A stretch of DNA of 64,000 nt from contig JAZSIR010000016.1 of NCBI GenBank assembly GCA_045533905.1, forward strand, positions 32,001-96,000, given 5' to 3'. The notes under the pieces are model-generated. The model was not told the origin of the DNA. It searched no databases and worked only from the letters and a program-made list of their open reading frames with translations. Origin of the DNA: Clostridia bacterium. Its GTDB lineage: Bacteria; Bacillota; Clostridia; UMGS1883; UMGS1540. Of the stretch, positions 49,790-61,266 are shown piece by piece. Every line of letters begins with the position of its first letter. The stretch's first letter is position 1. Both the position numbers and the translations under genes were made by a program.

Positions 49790-52700
49790 AGAAGTTTTTT
49801 GCGCCTATGGGCGCACATTCGGAATTTGCGGCACTTTGTGAGGCCATCCGCGAGAAAAAGGGGGCCGTGCACGTTATCGGTGCGGCTGAAACCCAAAAAG
49901 CACATCTTTTGGCGGCATGCCTTTCGGAAACAGGGAAGAGAGCCATTGTCGTTTCTTGGAGCGAGAGCGCCGCACGGCAAATGGCGGAAGAGCTCTCGTT
50001 TTTTTCGGACCGCATAACCTTTCTGCCGCAGGGTGACTTTATCGAGCGCTTCGCTGAGAGTAGCGGCTATGCTCTGTCGCATACCCGTGCGGCGGCGCTG
50101 TATCGTATATTAGAAGGCGATACGGCAGTTGTAAGTGTGGGATGCCTTCTCGATTTTATCCTGCCGCCCAAACAGTATAAGACGGCGAAACTCGAGGTGG
50201 GGATGCAGTTTCCCGATCTTGCCGAGTTTCTGGCCGAAATCGGGTACCGCCGCGTTCCTATGATCGAGGGGGAAGGACAGTTCAGCGTCCGCGGCGGCAT
50301 TTTAGATGTATTTCCGCCTTCCTCGGAAACGCCGGTCCGTATCGAATTTTTTGATACGGAGATAGACGGCATCCGTGCATTTGACCTTTCTACGCAGGAG
50401 TCAACCGCACCGCTTCCGTTTGTGGAGATTATCCCTGCCGCGGCTGACAGTGAGGATGGCGATATTCTCGATTATTTCGGGGAAGATGCCGTGTTTGTTT
50501 TTGACGAACCGCAGAAGGTGTCGGAAGGCGCGGCCGCCTATAAAAAAAGTATGGAAGAGCGCATTGCCGCGCTCGTATTAAAGGGCAGTATCGAAAAGCC
50601 GAAAGCCGCCTATATCCGTGACTATGCAGTGTCTCTTTCCAAAATGGAAAAAGGGCAGATTGTCGGCTTTTCTGCTATGAGCGCCGTCTGCCCCGACTAT
50701 AAACCGAAGGTTACGCTTCGCACCCACGGCGTTACACTTCCGTCATACGCGGGGAAGATGTCTCTCCTTGCGGAGGACGTGGAAAGATGGAAGGAAAACG
50801 GGTACTACATCTCCATTTTAGCAGGGGGCGGCGCTCGCGCCCGCGGCATTATGGAAGCACTTTCGGAAGCCGGCATATCTGCGCAGATGCCCGAGGAGAA
50901 TGAGGTGTCTCGCGGCACAGTGGCCATTTATGAAGAGCCGCTTTCAAAAGGCTTTATTTATTCTGACATCAAGACAGTTTTTATAAGCGGCGGCGATGTG
51001 TTCGCCCCCAAAAACAGAAAAAAACGGACGGCTGTAGGCGGCGCGAAGGCGCTCCGCAGCTTTGATGAGCTTACAATCGGGGATTATGTTGTACATCGTA
51101 CACACGGCATCGGTCAGTTTGTGGCAATGGAGAAAATTGAAACGGACGGCGTCGTGCGGGACTATCTGAAGCTCGCCTATAAAAACAATGACTTTTTGTA
51201 TGTTCCTGTCACCCAGCTGAATCTTCTATATAAATATTCCCACGCGGGCGCGGAAGCGGTCACGCCGAAAGTCAGCCGCCTCGGCGGGGGAGACTGGCAG
51301 AAAACGAAGCAGACTGTAAAGCAAAGTGTCAGGGAGCTTGCAATAAAGCTCATTGACCTTTATGCTGCCCGCAGTCAGATGGCGGGGCACGCCTTTTTGA
51401 AGGATACGCCGTGGCAGGCGGATTTTGAAGGCGAATTTCCGTATGAGGAAACGCCCGACCAGCTCGCGTGTATTGCGGAGGTCAAAAAGGATATGGAAAA
51501 TCCGAAGCCGATGGACCGCCTTTTGTGCGGGGATGTGGGCTACGGAAAAACGGAGGTGGCCATCCGTGCCGCTTTCAAGTGCATTATGGAAGGTCTGCAG
51601 TGTGCATACCTTGTGCCGACCACCATTTTGGCGGCACAGCATTATAACCATTTCGTAAAGCGTATGGAAAATTTCCCCGTGCGCGTGGAAATGCTCTCAC
51701 GCTTTCGCACCGTGGCCCAGCAAAAGAAAATTATAGAAGGGCTCCGCACGGGCGAGGTGGACGTTGTTATCGGCACACACCGCCTTTTAGGGGAGGATGT
51801 GACCTATAAGAATCTCGGCCTTCTCATTATCGACGAAGAACAGCGCTTCGGCGTCGGCCATAAAGAAAAAATCAAGGATATGAAAAACGGAATCGATGTC
51901 TTAACCCTGACCGCAACGCCGATTCCGCGTACCCTCAATATGGCGATGACGGGCATCCGCGATATGAGTGTCCTTGCCAATCCGCCCGAGGATCGTCAGC
52001 CGATTCAGACGTATGTATTCGAATATGACGAAGGCGTTTTGCAGGATGCCATCGAGCGCGAAATCGGGCGCGGCGGGCAGGTATACTATGTGTATAACCG
52101 CATACAGGGCATCTATCGCGTGGCGGAATCCATCCGGAAAATGGTGCCCGGGGCGCGCATCGCCGTAGCACACGGCCGTATGAACGAAGAGGAACTTGAA
52201 AAGGTTATGACCGGGATGGTGGAGAAGGAGTATGACATCCTTGTCAGCACCACCATTATAGAATCGGGTATTGATATTCCGAATGTAAATACTCTCATCG
52301 TTGAAAATGCCGACCATATGGGGCTTGCACAGCTGTATCAGCTTCGCGGCCGCGTCGGAAGGTCGGAGAGGGTGGCGTATGCATACCTTACTTTCAAAAG
52401 AGACAAAGCCCTTTCGGAAATTGCAGAGAAGAGGCTTCTGGCCATCAAGGAATTTACAGAACTCGGCTCCGGCTTCAAAATTGCCATGCGCGATCTTGAA
52501 ATCCGCGGCGCGGGCAATCTCCTCGGTCCCGAGCAGCACGGGTTTATGGCAAGCGTCGGGTACGATATGTACGTCCGCCTTTTAGAAGAAGCTGTTTCAG
52601 AAATGCGCGGCGAAGAAGGGAAAACGGAAGCGATTATTGACCTTGTTCTTGATGCCGGTATTACCGACAGCTATATCGAAGATCCGCGCCAGCGTCTTGA

Positions 52701-53061
52701 GGCATACAGGCTTGTGGCCGATATTGCGGGCGAAGAGGATGCTGACGCTGTGATTGCGGCGTTTATTGACCGCTACGGCGATCCGCCCCCACGTGTTTTG
52801 CGCCTTGTGGACGTTGCACTTTTGCGTACGTACGCGGAAGAGGCAGGTGTTGGTGAGGTTACGGAAAGCGGCGGAAGAATCCTTTTATACTTCGATAAAA
52901 AGCCGGATATGGAGTGTGTCAGCCGTGTGATGGAAGAAAATCGCGGAAAACTTCTTTTCAATGCGGGCGAGCGGCCGTATCTTGCTATCCGCGAAGGGTT
53001 TTTGCGGAATAAAAATGACACGGAAAAATTAAAAAAATTACTAAAAGACTTGAAAAAGTAG
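49786..53061 (+). CDS. mfd: Transcription-repair coupling factor
   Basis: [58 protein letters not shown]. Confidence 0.97.
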   Translation: MKKFFAPMGAHSEFAALCEAIREKKGAVHVIGAAETQKAHLLAACLSETGKRAIVVSWSESAARQMAEELSFFSDRITFLPQGDFIERFAESSGYALSHTRAAALYRILEGDTAVVSVGCLLDFILPPKQYKTAKLEVGMQFPDLAEFLAEIGYRRVPMIEGEGQFSVRGGILDVFPPSSETPVRIEFFDTEIDGIRAFDLSTQESTAPLPFVEIIPAAADSEDGDILDYFGEDAVFVFDEPQKVSEGAAAYKKSMEERIAALVLKGSIEKPKAAYIRDYAVSLSKMEKGQIVGFSAMSAVCPDYKPKVTLRTHGVTLPSYAGKMSLLAEDVERWKENGYYISILAGGGARARGIMEALSEAGISAQMPEENEVSRGTVAIYEEPLSKGFIYSDIKTVFISGGDVFAPKNRKKRTAVGGAKALRSFDELTIGDYVVHRTHGIGQFVAMEKIETDGVVRDYLKLAYKNNDFLYVPVTQLNLLYKYSHAGAEAVTPKVSRLGGGDWQKTKQTVKQSVRELAIKLIDLYAARSQMAGHAFLKDTPWQADFEGEFPYEETPDQLACIAEVKKDMENPKPMDRLLCGDVGYGKTEVAIRAAFKCIMEGLQCAYLVPTTILAAQHYNHFVKRMENFPVRVEMLSRFRTVAQQKKIIEGLRTGEVDVVIGTHRLLGEDVTYKNLGLLIIDEEQRFGVGHKEKIKDMKNGIDVLTLTATPIPRTLNMAMTGIRDMSVLANPPEDRQPIQTYVFEYDEGVLQDAIEREIGRGGQVYYVYNRIQGIYRVAESIRKMVPGARIAVAHGRMNEEELEKVMTGMVEKEYDILVSTTIIESGIDIPNVNTLIVENADHMGLAQLYQLRGRVGRSERVAYAYLTFKRDKALSEIAEKRLLAIKEFTELGSGFKIAMRDLEIRGAGNLLGPEQHGFMASVGYDMYVRLLEEAVSEMRGEEGKTEAIIDLVLDAGITDSYIEDPRQRLEAYRLVADIAGEEDADAVIAAFIDRYGDPPPRVLRLVDVALLRTYAEEAGVGEVTESGGRILLYFDKKPDMECVSRVMEENRGKLLFNAGERPYLAIREGFLRNKNDTEKLKKLLKDLKK

Positions 53062-53122
53062 CCTGTTTGTAGTATGATATGTAAGTATGTAAATCTTTTA
53101 CAAAGAAAAGGAGAGTACGATT

Positions 53123-54223
53123 ATGAAACGAATGAAGCTGATTGCACTGGCTATAAGCCTTGTTATGCTTCTCTCTGCATGCAATGCTGTGAATGTAACA
53201 GAAGTAGCCACTGTGGGCGAGGATGCTATGTTCAAACCCGAATTTATGTATTATCTGCAGGGCGCAAAGAGCGAGGCTATGCAGGAAGCACAGGCAAAAG
53301 GCCTTTCCATCACAACGGATAAAGACTGGAACACCGTGATGCTTGGCGATAAAACAGCCGCACAGTTTGCCAAGGACAGAGCACTGGAAAGCGTCAAGGC
53401 CATTATGGTAATGGAAGCGAAGGGCAAGGAAGCCGGTTTTGTTCTTTCCGAAACAGATGCTTTAAGCATTTCCTCCCAGAAAGAACAGATTATCACCCAG
53501 CTCGGCGGCCGCTATGCCTATGAACAGGCACTTTCTGAGATGGGTATCACGCTTGATGCACTCGATACCATCGTGGAAAGAAGCGTATATGCAAATGCAT
53601 ATATGACGAAATATTCCGCAGAAGATACAAGCCTTACACCGACCGAGGAAGAAATCAAAGCAAAGTATGAAAGTGATTACGTATTCGTACGTCACATCTT
53701 AATTTCCAACCAGCCGCCGATGGATGTCACACTTGACGGCGCGGGTATTCTCGAGGAAGAAGGCCCGGCAACAGAAGTGGAACAGGCAGACCCCGAAGAG
53801 TACGCCAAGGAAGCACGCGCTAAGGCAGAAGCTATTTTGGCAGAACTTGAAGGCGGCGCTGACTTCATCGCCCTTATGAATGAAAATTCCGAGGATGGCC
53901 GCGATGATGCCGGCAATCTCACAAGCGACGGGTATGTTATGACCGATAACGGCCAGATGGTTCGCGAGTTTGAAGAAGCCGCAATGAACCTTGAAGTGGG
54001 TGCGTACACCAAGGAACTGGTAGAAACCGACTACGGCTACCACATCATTATGCGCTACGAGCTGCCCACTGCAGGCCAGCAGTACGAGTCTGCAATCGCA
54101 TCTGCAGAATCTGCGCTTGCAAGCGATAAGCTTACAGAAAAAGTCAATGCATGGGCTGAAGAAATCGGCTTCTCTGCAAACGAAAGATACTTTGAAAAAC
54201 TGAAAGTTAAAATGGAGGGATAA
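53123..54223 (+). CDS. PrsA-like parvulin peptidyl-prolyl isomerase lipoprotein
   Basis: Lipobox LSAC, VRHILI, MVREFEEAA, VETDYGYHII; candidate promoter TTGAAA-17-TATGAT at 53050-53078. Confidence 0.88.
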   Translation: MKRMKLIALAISLVMLLSACNAVNVTEVATVGEDAMFKPEFMYYLQGAKSEAMQEAQAKGLSITTDKDWNTVMLGDKTAAQFAKDRALESVKAIMVMEAKGKEAGFVLSETDALSISSQKEQIITQLGGRYAYEQALSEMGITLDALDTIVERSVYANAYMTKYSAEDTSLTPTEEEIKAKYESDYVFVRHILISNQPPMDVTLDGAGILEEEGPATEVEQADPEEYAKEARAKAEAILAELEGGADFIALMNENSEDGRDDAGNLTSDGYVMTDNGQMVREFEEAAMNLEVGAYTKELVETDYGYHIIMRYELPTAGQQYESAIASAESALASDKLTEKVNAWAEEIGFSANERYFEKLKVKMEG

Positions 54224-54226
54224 TCC

Positions 54227-54964
54227 GTGTCCGGACATTCTAAATGGAGCAACATCAAGCATAAAAAAGAAAAAAGTGACGCCCAGCGCGCCAAAATCTT
54301 TACGAAAATCGGCAGAGAAATTTCTGTTATCGTAAAGGCAGGCGGCCCGGATCCGGAAGTCAATGCAAAGCTTAAGGACGTTATTGCAAAGGCACGTTCG
54401 AACAATATGCCGAACGATAATATCCAGCGCTGCATTAAAAAGGCGGCCGGTGAACAGGGGGCAGATAACTACGAAGAAATCGTATACGAAGGCTATGGCC
54501 CGAGTGGCGTAGCCGTCATCGTGGAAACCCTTACAGATAACCGCAACCGTACCGCCGCAGAAATGCGCCACTACTTTGATAAGTACGGCGGAAACCTCGG
54601 TCAGTCCGGCTGTGTTACGTTTATGTTTGACACACGCGGCGTTATCATCGTAGAGGCCGAAGGTGCTGATGAAGAAACTCTTATGATGGAAGCGCTGGAA
54701 GCTGGTGCAGATGATTTTTCTGCCGAGGATGATTTCTTTGAAATCGTGACTGCACCCGAAGCTTTCGGCGCAGTACGTGAGGCCATTGAGGCAGGCGGCT
54801 ACAAGATCGCTTCCGCAGAAATTGCACGCCTTCCGCAAACGACCGTAACGCTTACGGATGCCGATGATCTGAAGAACATGAACAAGCTCATCGAAATGCT
54901 TGAGGATAATGACGATGTGCAGAATGTATTCCACAACTGCGATTTACCGGAAGAAGAGGAATAA
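54227..54964 (+). CDS. yebC: YebC/PmpR-family protein
   Basis: [38 protein letters not shown]. Confidence 0.95.
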   Translation: MSGHSKWSNIKHKKEKSDAQRAKIFTKIGREISVIVKAGGPDPEVNAKLKDVIAKARSNNMPNDNIQRCIKKAAGEQGADNYEEIVYEGYGPSGVAVIVETLTDNRNRTAAEMRHYFDKYGGNLGQSGCVTFMFDTRGVIIVEAEGADEETLMMEALEAGADDFSAEDDFFEIVTAPEAFGAVREAIEAGGYKIASAEIARLPQTTVTLTDADDLKNMNKLIEMLEDNDDVQNVFHNCDLPEEEE

Positions 54965-54976
54965 ACGAAGAAAATT

Positions 54977-55006
54977 AAAAGAGCTGTCAAATTGACAGCT
55001 CTTTTT
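54977..55006. terminator. Bidirectional terminator
   Basis: AAAAGAGCTGTCAA-A-TTGACAGCTCTTTT between convergent genes. Confidence 0.8.
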
Positions 55007-55009
55007 GTA

Positions 55010-55414
55010 TTATAATTCTTTTATCGCTTGGATCGCTTTTTGTATCAGGTCTGTAAGCGAAAGTGTTCCCGTACCGACCACGGTGGTATTACAGCCATGG
55101 AACGGAATTAAAATACGTGCGGCATCACTTTGTGCCACCGCCGCGGCCATGCGTGGCGTAACTTCGCCTACAAGGGCATCGGCAAGCACAATCCCCATAG
55201 GACCTACAATCACGTCTGCTTTTCTTGCCGCCACAATCACGGCGTTTTCGCCGGTGGCCGCAAAATCGGCGCCCGCGCGCATCATGCTTTGTGTGGCGAG
55301 GCTATTGGTGCCGACTGCCGTGATTTCTGCAGTTTCCGGCAGCTCTTTTTTTATGCCCTCTATAAGGGCGCGGCCGATTTTGCCGCCTTGCCCGTCTATA
55401 ACTAAAATTTTCAT
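55010..55414 (-). CDS. DUF3842-family protein
   Basis: VIDGQGG.IG, AVGTNS.AT..M..AGA...ATGENA, GEVTP.MA pattern. Confidence 0.8.
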   Translation of the reverse strand: MKILVIDGQGGKIGRALIEGIKKELPETAEITAVGTNSLATQSMMRAGADFAATGENAVIVAARKADVIVGPMGIVLADALVGEVTPRMAAAVAQSDAARILIPFHGCNTTVVGTGTLSLTDLIQKAIQAIKEL

Positions 55415-55426
55415 TATGTTCTCCTT

Positions 55427-56605
55427 TTATCCGAGGTTTTGCGCGGCCACAAAAGCACTACTCCACGCCCACTGGAGGTTAAACCCGCCGCAGTCGCCGT
55501 CAATATCGAGCACTTCGCCCGCAAGGTACAGCCCTGATGCGAGGCGAGACTCCATCGTTTTCGGATTCACTTCGCTCGTAGCAATACCGCCGGCCGTAAC
55601 CTGCGCTGCCGAGAAGGGCATAACGCCCGTCACTTTCAGGGGGAGCGCATGGAGAAGATGTGCCATCTCGCGGTCGTTTTTAGAAATCTTCAGAATTTCA
55701 CGCCCTAAAAGTTTCGGCAAAAGTCCATAGAGGAAGCTTTCGCCCGTAAGATGCGGAAGTGCCGCACGGCGAGAGCGGAGCATTTCCAAAACTTCTTCTT
55801 CTGAAAGCGTGGGGAAGAGATTTAAAGTAACTTCCACGCGCTTTTCGCGTGCCACCCCATCCGATGCAAACCGCGAAAGGTTAAAAATGGGCGGACCGGA
55901 AACGCCGTAATCGGTAAAGAGAAGCTCGCCCTCGGTCTCGCGCATTTTCTTGCCATCTACAAATATGGAGGCAGCGCCTTTGTGTTTTACACCCTTTAAG
56001 GCACGCATCGGTTTATCTACTTTCAGCTGTACAAGGGAGGGGAGCGGCTTTATAAGCGTGTGCCCGAATTTTTCTAAAAGTGCATAGCCTGCGCCGTCTG
56101 TTCCCATAGAGGGCGCGGCGCGGCCTCCTGTTGTAACCAAAACCGTTTTGGCGGTAAAATGCCGTCCGTCCTCACTCTTTAAATAAAAAACGCCGTCTTT
56201 TTTGGAAAGAGAGGTGATAAAACAGTCCACCGTTTCCGAAACGCCAAGCCGCGCTATCTCAAGGCGCATAAGATCAAGCACGGAGCCTGCCTGCAGGCTC
56301 TGTGGATATAGCTTCCCGTTTTCGCCTTCTATAAGCGGAAGCCCGAGCCCCTCGAAAAAGTTCTTTGTGTCCTCTGCGGAAAAAGCAGAAAGTGCAGACA
56401 GCGCAAAGGCGGCATTCTGCCCGTGATAGTTTTCGGGGCGAATATTCACGTTTGAAATATTACAGCGGCCGTTGCCGGTAGACAAAATCTTTTTGCCTAC
56501 TCGTGGAAGACGTTCACATAATAGAACGGTTTTCCCACGCCTTGCAAGAAAGATGGAGGCGGCAAGACCTGCGGCACCACCGCCGATAATCGCGACGTTG
56601 TACAT
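55427..56605 (-). CDS. HI0933/BaiN-family NAD(P)/FAD-dependent oxidoreductase
   Basis: IIGGGAAG, GKKILSTGNGRCN, GELLFT.YG.SGP, VTAGG, GGFNLQWAWSS. Confidence 0.92.
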   Translation of the reverse strand: MYNVAIIGGGAAGLAASIFLARRGKTVLLCERLPRVGKKILSTGNGRCNISNVNIRPENYHGQNAAFALSALSAFSAEDTKNFFEGLGLPLIEGENGKLYPQSLQAGSVLDLMRLEIARLGVSETVDCFITSLSKKDGVFYLKSEDGRHFTAKTVLVTTGGRAAPSMGTDGAGYALLEKFGHTLIKPLPSLVQLKVDKPMRALKGVKHKGAASIFVDGKKMRETEGELLFTDYGVSGPPIFNLSRFASDGVAREKRVEVTLNLFPTLSEEEVLEMLRSRRAALPHLTGESFLYGLLPKLLGREILKISKNDREMAHLLHALPLKVTGVMPFSAAQVTAGGIATSEVNPKTMESRLASGLYLAGEVLDIDGDCGGFNLQWAWSSAFVAAQNLG

Positions 56606-56736
56606 CCTCTGGCTCCTTTACAATCGTTTGTTTCATTCTATCATATTTTCGTTAAAAAGGCAATAAAAAAGAAAAATATGTTGACACAGCCGTTTTCTTC
56701 ATGGTAATATGTATGTAAGTGCATAAAGTATGAATA

Positions 56737-56900
56737 TATGGTAGAGGTGCGGAAATCATCAGTACCCTCTCTTTTTGGGACAAGCCGGGGAGGAGAAAGG
56801 GGTTTTTGCCGAAGTAAAAAGGCATCCTTGTCCGAAGCTTTTTTGCTGGTTTGCCGCAAAATATGCGTCAGACTGTCACAGAACGTGGAGCGCTATCAAA
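56737..56900 (+). ncRNA. Lysine riboswitch (L-box) aptamer
   Basis: AGAGGTGC...AGTA...GAAAGG...GCCGAA...CTGTCAC...GGAGCGCTA conserved blocks; P1 TGGTAG/CTATCA; kissing-loop complementarity GGACAAG (56778-56784) with CTTGTCC (56827-56833); TTGACA at 56681 upstream. Confidence 0.92.
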
Positions 56901-56916
56901 TTTTACAGACGAAGTG

Positions 56917-56952
56917 AAAGCATGAGAGCGTGACTACGCTTTCATGCTTTTT
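56917..56952 (+). terminator. Riboswitch-controlled leader terminator
   Basis: AAAGCATGAGAGCGT-GACT-ACGCTTTCATGCTTTT between aptamer and RBS. Confidence 0.8.
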
Positions 56953-56985
56953 ATATTCAAAAGAAAAATTGAAGGAGGGTTTTTT

Positions 56986-58608
56986 ATGAAAAAGGGGATC
57001 CTTGGTAAAGCTATTGCCATCATTTGCGTTTTGGCAATTGTAATCGCAGGGGCGGTTTTCGTAAAAACAAATGCAACGGGCGACGATGTAGTAAGTCGCT
57101 ATTATTCCACCATCATGGCGCTCTGTCCGCCGCTTCTGGCGATTGCGCTGGCACTGATCACGAAGGAAGTATATTCTTCTCTATTTATCGGTATTCTTCT
57201 TGGCGGTCTTCTTTCCGCAAACTGGAAGCCGATTGCGGCAATGGATAACCTCTTAAATGAAGGTTTAATCGCCGCTGTATCGGGAACAGCCGGTATCTTT
57301 ATCTTCCTCGTAATCCTCGGCGCTATGGTTGCACTTGTAAACCATGCCGGTGGCTCTGCGGCATTTGGCAGATGGGCCGAAACCCATATTAAAAGCCGCG
57401 CAGGCGCTTCGATTGCCACCTTTATCCTCGGCGTTCTCATCTTTATTGATGACTATTTCAACTGCCTTACCGTAGGTAGCGTTATGCGTCCCGTAACGGA
57501 TAGACACAAGATTTCCCGCGCAAAGCTTGCATTTATTATTGATGCTACAGCCGCACCGATTTGCATGATTGCGCCTGTTTCTTCCTGGGCAGCTGCTGTA
57601 TCGGAGTTTACAAAGGGTACAGGGTATTCCGGCATTGAGCTTTTCATTCGTGCAATTCCCTATAACTTCTATTCGCTTCTTACACTCGTGTTCGTAGTGG
57701 CACTTGCCGTTATGAAGTTTGACTTTGGCTCCATGCGCCTGCATGAGTACAATGCCATGCATAATAACGACCTTTACACCTCGGGCGAACGTGCAGAAGC
57801 TGTAGAAACGGAGAAGGAAAATCCGCGCGGCCGTGTTATTGACCTCGTATTCCCCGTATTGGTTCTCGTTACCATCTGCGTATTTGGTCTTATCTACGTG
57901 GGCGGCTTCTTCGATGGCGCAAGCTTCATTGATGCCTTTGGTAACACCGATGCAACTGTAGGTCTTCCCTGGGGCGCACTTGTAGCTCTTGTAGTTACCA
58001 TTATCTATTTGATGGCAAGACGTCTCATCACCTTCAAAGAAGCTATGGATTGCGTACCGAAGGGCTTTATCGCAATGGTACCTGCCATTTTGATTCTCAC
58101 CTTCGCAACCGCTCTTAAGAATATGACAGGCCTTCTTGGCGCTGCAGACTTTGTTGGCGGCGTGATGGATTCGGCAGCTGCAGGCCTTGCAAACTTCCTG
58201 CCGGCTATCATCTTCCTCGTGGCCTGTGTGCTCGCTTTTGCAACCGGTACATCTTGGGGTACCTTCGGCATCTTAATCCCGATTGTAACGGCTATTTTCG
58301 AGCCGGGAAGCGAATTCCTCATTATCGGTATGTCGGCATGTCTCGCCGGTGCTGTTTGTGGTGACCATTGCTCGCCCATCTCGGATACGACCATTATGTC
58401 CTCCGCAGGTGCACAGTGTAACCACTTAAATCACGTATCCACACAGATGCCGTACGCTATCACAATAGCCGCGATATCGTTTGTGATGTATGTGATTGCT
58501 GCCTTCGTTCAGAATGCGGCCATTCTCCTCGCGGTCGGCGCACTTCTCACAATTGCTACGCTCTTTGTTATCCGCGCAGTTGTGAATAAAAAGCCGATTA
58601 AGGCATAA
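56986..58608 (+). CDS. NhaC-family transporter, likely lysine transporter (LysW-type)
   Basis: FIDDYFN, IDATAAP, TGTSWGTF, GDHCSPISDTT; lies under a lysine riboswitch. Confidence 0.88.
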   Translation: MKKGILGKAIAIICVLAIVIAGAVFVKTNATGDDVVSRYYSTIMALCPPLLAIALALITKEVYSSLFIGILLGGLLSANWKPIAAMDNLLNEGLIAAVSGTAGIFIFLVILGAMVALVNHAGGSAAFGRWAETHIKSRAGASIATFILGVLIFIDDYFNCLTVGSVMRPVTDRHKISRAKLAFIIDATAAPICMIAPVSSWAAAVSEFTKGTGYSGIELFIRAIPYNFYSLLTLVFVVALAVMKFDFGSMRLHEYNAMHNNDLYTSGERAEAVETEKENPRGRVIDLVFPVLVLVTICVFGLIYVGGFFDGASFIDAFGNTDATVGLPWGALVALVVTIIYLMARRLITFKEAMDCVPKGFIAMVPAILILTFATALKNMTGLLGAADFVGGVMDSAAAGLANFLPAIIFLVACVLAFATGTSWGTFGILIPIVTAIFEPGSEFLIIGMSACLAGAVCGDHCSPISDTTIMSSAGAQCNHLNHVSTQMPYAITIAAISFVMYVIAAFVQNAAILLAVGALLTIATLFVIRAVVNKKPIKA

Positions 58609-58619
58609 TAGAGAATAAC

Positions 58620-58651
58620 AAATATCCCTCCGCAAAGCGGAGGGATATTTT
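58620..58651 (+). terminator. Intrinsic terminator after the transporter
   Basis: AAATATCCCTCCGC-AAA-GCGGAGGGATATTT. Confidence 0.85.
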
Positions 58652-58728
58652 ATTTATAGGAAAGTACTACCGTCCGAAAATCTTCGCTGCACGCGCGTTT
58701 TTTGCGCGATGGCGTAATAACCGCAATA

Positions 58729-58763
58729 AGAAAGGCGCCGCCCTTTTGGGCGACGCCTTCTTT
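58729..58763 (-). terminator. Terminator-like hairpin after the E1 gene
   Basis: AAGAAAGGCGCCGCCC-TTTT-GGGCGACGCCTTCTT, GC-rich imperfect stem 16 nt past the minus-strand stop. Confidence 0.6.
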
Positions 58764-58778
58764 ATCGTCTTTTTAGAA

Positions 58779-61253
58779 TCAGACACCTTCGCGATTTCTG
58801 CGGAGCTGTTCGCCTTCGGTGAAGTTTTCACCGGCAACGTAGCCCGGAATCGGCATAATCTTTTCGTGGATTGCATCGATAATCCAGCTCGGCTGCGGGA
58901 AGAATGCATCTTCGAGTTCGTGGCACGGTGTGATCCAGTTGCGTGCGCCAACAACCACCGGCGGAGCATCGAGGTAATCAAATGCCATTTCGCTGATGTT
59001 CTGTGCAATATCCTTAAGGTGAGAACCGCGTTCGCAGGCATCACTTGCAAGAACAATGCGGCCTGTCTTCTTAACGGATTCAAGCACCTTTTCGTAGTTG
59101 AACGGAACGAGGGAGCGAGCATCGATAACTTCTGCAGAGATGCCGTATTTTTCTTCGAGTTCCTTTGCAGCATCGAGTGCGCGGTAGAGGGTAGCACCAA
59201 CGGTGAGGATGGTGATATCGGAACCTACGCGCTTAATGTCCGGTTCGCCGATCGGAATTTCGTAGTATTCTTCCGGAACGCCGCCTTCGTGGAACTGTTC
59301 GCCGATGTCGTAAATTCTCTGGCTTTCAAAGAATACAACCGGGTCAGTGCCGGAGAGGGCGCTTGCCATAAGACCTTTAGCATCGTACGGTGTTACCGGG
59401 AATACAACCTTAAGGCCCGGAATGTGCGATACGATAGCTGTCCAGTCCTGCGAGTGCTGTGCGCCGTACTTCGAACCTACGGATACACGGAGAACAACCG
59501 GCATCTTGATAATGCCTGCACTCATAGACTGCCATTTTGCGAGCTGATTTAAAACTTCGTCGCCTGCACGGCCGAGGAAGTCGCAGTACATAAGCTCTGC
59601 AATAACTCTACCGCCGCTCATAGCGTAACCTACTGCGCTACCTACGATAGCAGCTTCGGAAATCGGGGAGTTGAAGAAGCGGTGATAGGGGAGAGCTTCG
59701 GTAAGACCACGGTATACAGCGAATGCGCCGCCCCAGTCACGGTTGTCTTCACCGTAGGCAATGAGGGTCGGGTCTTTGTAGAAGCGGTCGATAATAGCTT
59801 CGAAGATACCGTCACGCAGCTGATATACCTGGTTCTTTGTGTAGGGCTTGCCGTTTTCGTCGAAAGCGAAGCGCTTGCGGCGTGCAATCTGCTGTACGCG
59901 CGGGTTTTCTTCCATCGGCATGAGAACGTCGGGTTCTCTGTCTTCCATCTTTTCGATCTTCTGGTTCGAGAACATAATGCCTTCGAGATCCATCGGATTT
60001 GTGTGGAGATTCATGCGCGGAGAAACTTCCTCGTCGATAGCGAGCTTGTAAATCTTTGTCATGCGCTCCACGATTTCTTCTTCGATTGCATCGAATTCTT
60101 CCTTCTTTGCAACACGAGCAGAAACGAGTTTTGCCTTGTAAGCATCGAGAACGTCGTGCTTTGCCCAGGCTTCCTTTTCTTCCTTCGTTCTGTAGCTGTC
60201 GGAGTCGGACGGGGAGTGACCGGCCATACGATATGTAAGCGTATCGAGAAGAACCGGACCGCGGCCTTCCTTGATGATAGCAATCTTGCGGCGCATTGCA
60301 TCGATAACGGCGAGCGGATCGTAACCGTCTACGCGTTCTGCATGCATCTGTTCCGGGTTTACGCCGGCGCCAACTCTGGCGAGCGTCTGGTAAGCCATCG
60401 TTTCACCGATAGTCTGACCGCCCATGCCGTAGAGGTTGTTGAAGAAGTTAAAGATAATCGGGAGACCCTGGTTAAAGCCTTCTTCCCAAAGTGTGCGAAT
60501 CTGGTCCATAGAACCCATGTTAAGAGCTTCCCAAACCGGACCGCAGCCCATAGAAGCGTCACCGATGTTCGAAATTACGATACCGTCTTTCTTGTTTACG
60601 CGCTTGTAAAGAGCGCCACCCATAGCAACCGTTGCCGAACCGCCTACGATAGCGTTGTTCGGGTAGATGCCGAAGGGAGTGAAGAAAGCGTGCATGGAGC
60701 CGCCGAGACCTTTGTTAAAGCCTGTTTCTCTTGCAAAGATTTCAGCCAAAGCGCCGTAGAGGAGGAAGTCCATAGCTGCTTCCTTAACGTTTGCCTTGTC
60801 CTTCTGCTTGCCTTCGATTACGCGGTAGGTGCGGCCATCGAAGAAGCCTGTCATATCGTCCATGAGCTCTTTATCTTCGAGCTTGTGGATGGCGGAAAGA
60901 CCTTTTGCAAGGATTTCGCCGTGGCTACGGTGAGAACCGAAGATGCAGTCTTCCTTATTGAGGAGATATGCCTGACCAACAGCGGAAGCTTCCTGACCCA
61001 TGGAAAGGTGAGCGGGGCCCGGGTTATTGTAGGCGATTTCGTTGTATGCGCCGGTGGTTTTTACGAGGTAGAGCATCGTTTCAAACTCACGGATGATGCG
61101 CATGTCGCGGAAGATGCGAAGGAAATCTTCTTTGGAGTAGTTTTCCTTTTCTTCCTTAATGGTTTTGTTGTACTGGTTCACCGGAATGTCGGTGAAGGTA
61201 ACGTGACCCGGCTTACGCAGCTCGTTCGGGTCCATAAACAGGGACTTTGTCAT
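58779..61253 (-). CDS. 2-oxoacid dehydrogenase E1, fused alpha+beta subunits (ThDP-dependent)
   Basis: [18 protein letters not shown], ThDP motif GDA...NN, GHSPSD; then beta domain [28 protein letters not shown]. Confidence 0.9.
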   Translation of the reverse strand: MTKSLFMDPNELRKPGHVTFTDIPVNQYNKTIKEEKENYSKEDFLRIFRDMRIIREFETMLYLVKTTGAYNEIAYNNPGPAHLSMGQEASAVGQAYLLNKEDCIFGSHRSHGEILAKGLSAIHKLEDKELMDDMTGFFDGRTYRVIEGKQKDKANVKEAAMDFLLYGALAEIFARETGFNKGLGGSMHAFFTPFGIYPNNAIVGGSATVAMGGALYKRVNKKDGIVISNIGDASMGCGPVWEALNMGSMDQIRTLWEEGFNQGLPIIFNFFNNLYGMGGQTIGETMAYQTLARVGAGVNPEQMHAERVDGYDPLAVIDAMRRKIAIIKEGRGPVLLDTLTYRMAGHSPSDSDSYRTKEEKEAWAKHDVLDAYKAKLVSARVAKKEEFDAIEEEIVERMTKIYKLAIDEEVSPRMNLHTNPMDLEGIMFSNQKIEKMEDREPDVLMPMEENPRVQQIARRKRFAFDENGKPYTKNQVYQLRDGIFEAIIDRFYKDPTLIAYGEDNRDWGGAFAVYRGLTEALPYHRFFNSPISEAAIVGSAVGYAMSGGRVIAELMYCDFLGRAGDEVLNQLAKWQSMSAGIIKMPVVLRVSVGSKYGAQHSQDWTAIVSHIPGLKVVFPVTPYDAKGLMASALSGTDPVVFFESQRIYDIGEQFHEGGVPEEYYEIPIGEPDIKRVGSDITILTVGATLYRALDAAKELEEKYGISAEVIDARSLVPFNYEKVLESVKKTGRIVLASDACERGSHLKDIAQNISEMAFDYLDAPPVVVGARNWITPCHELEDAFFPQPSWIIDAIHEKIMPIPGYVAGENFTEGEQLRRNREGV

Positions 61254-61266
61254 GGTAAATTCCTCC

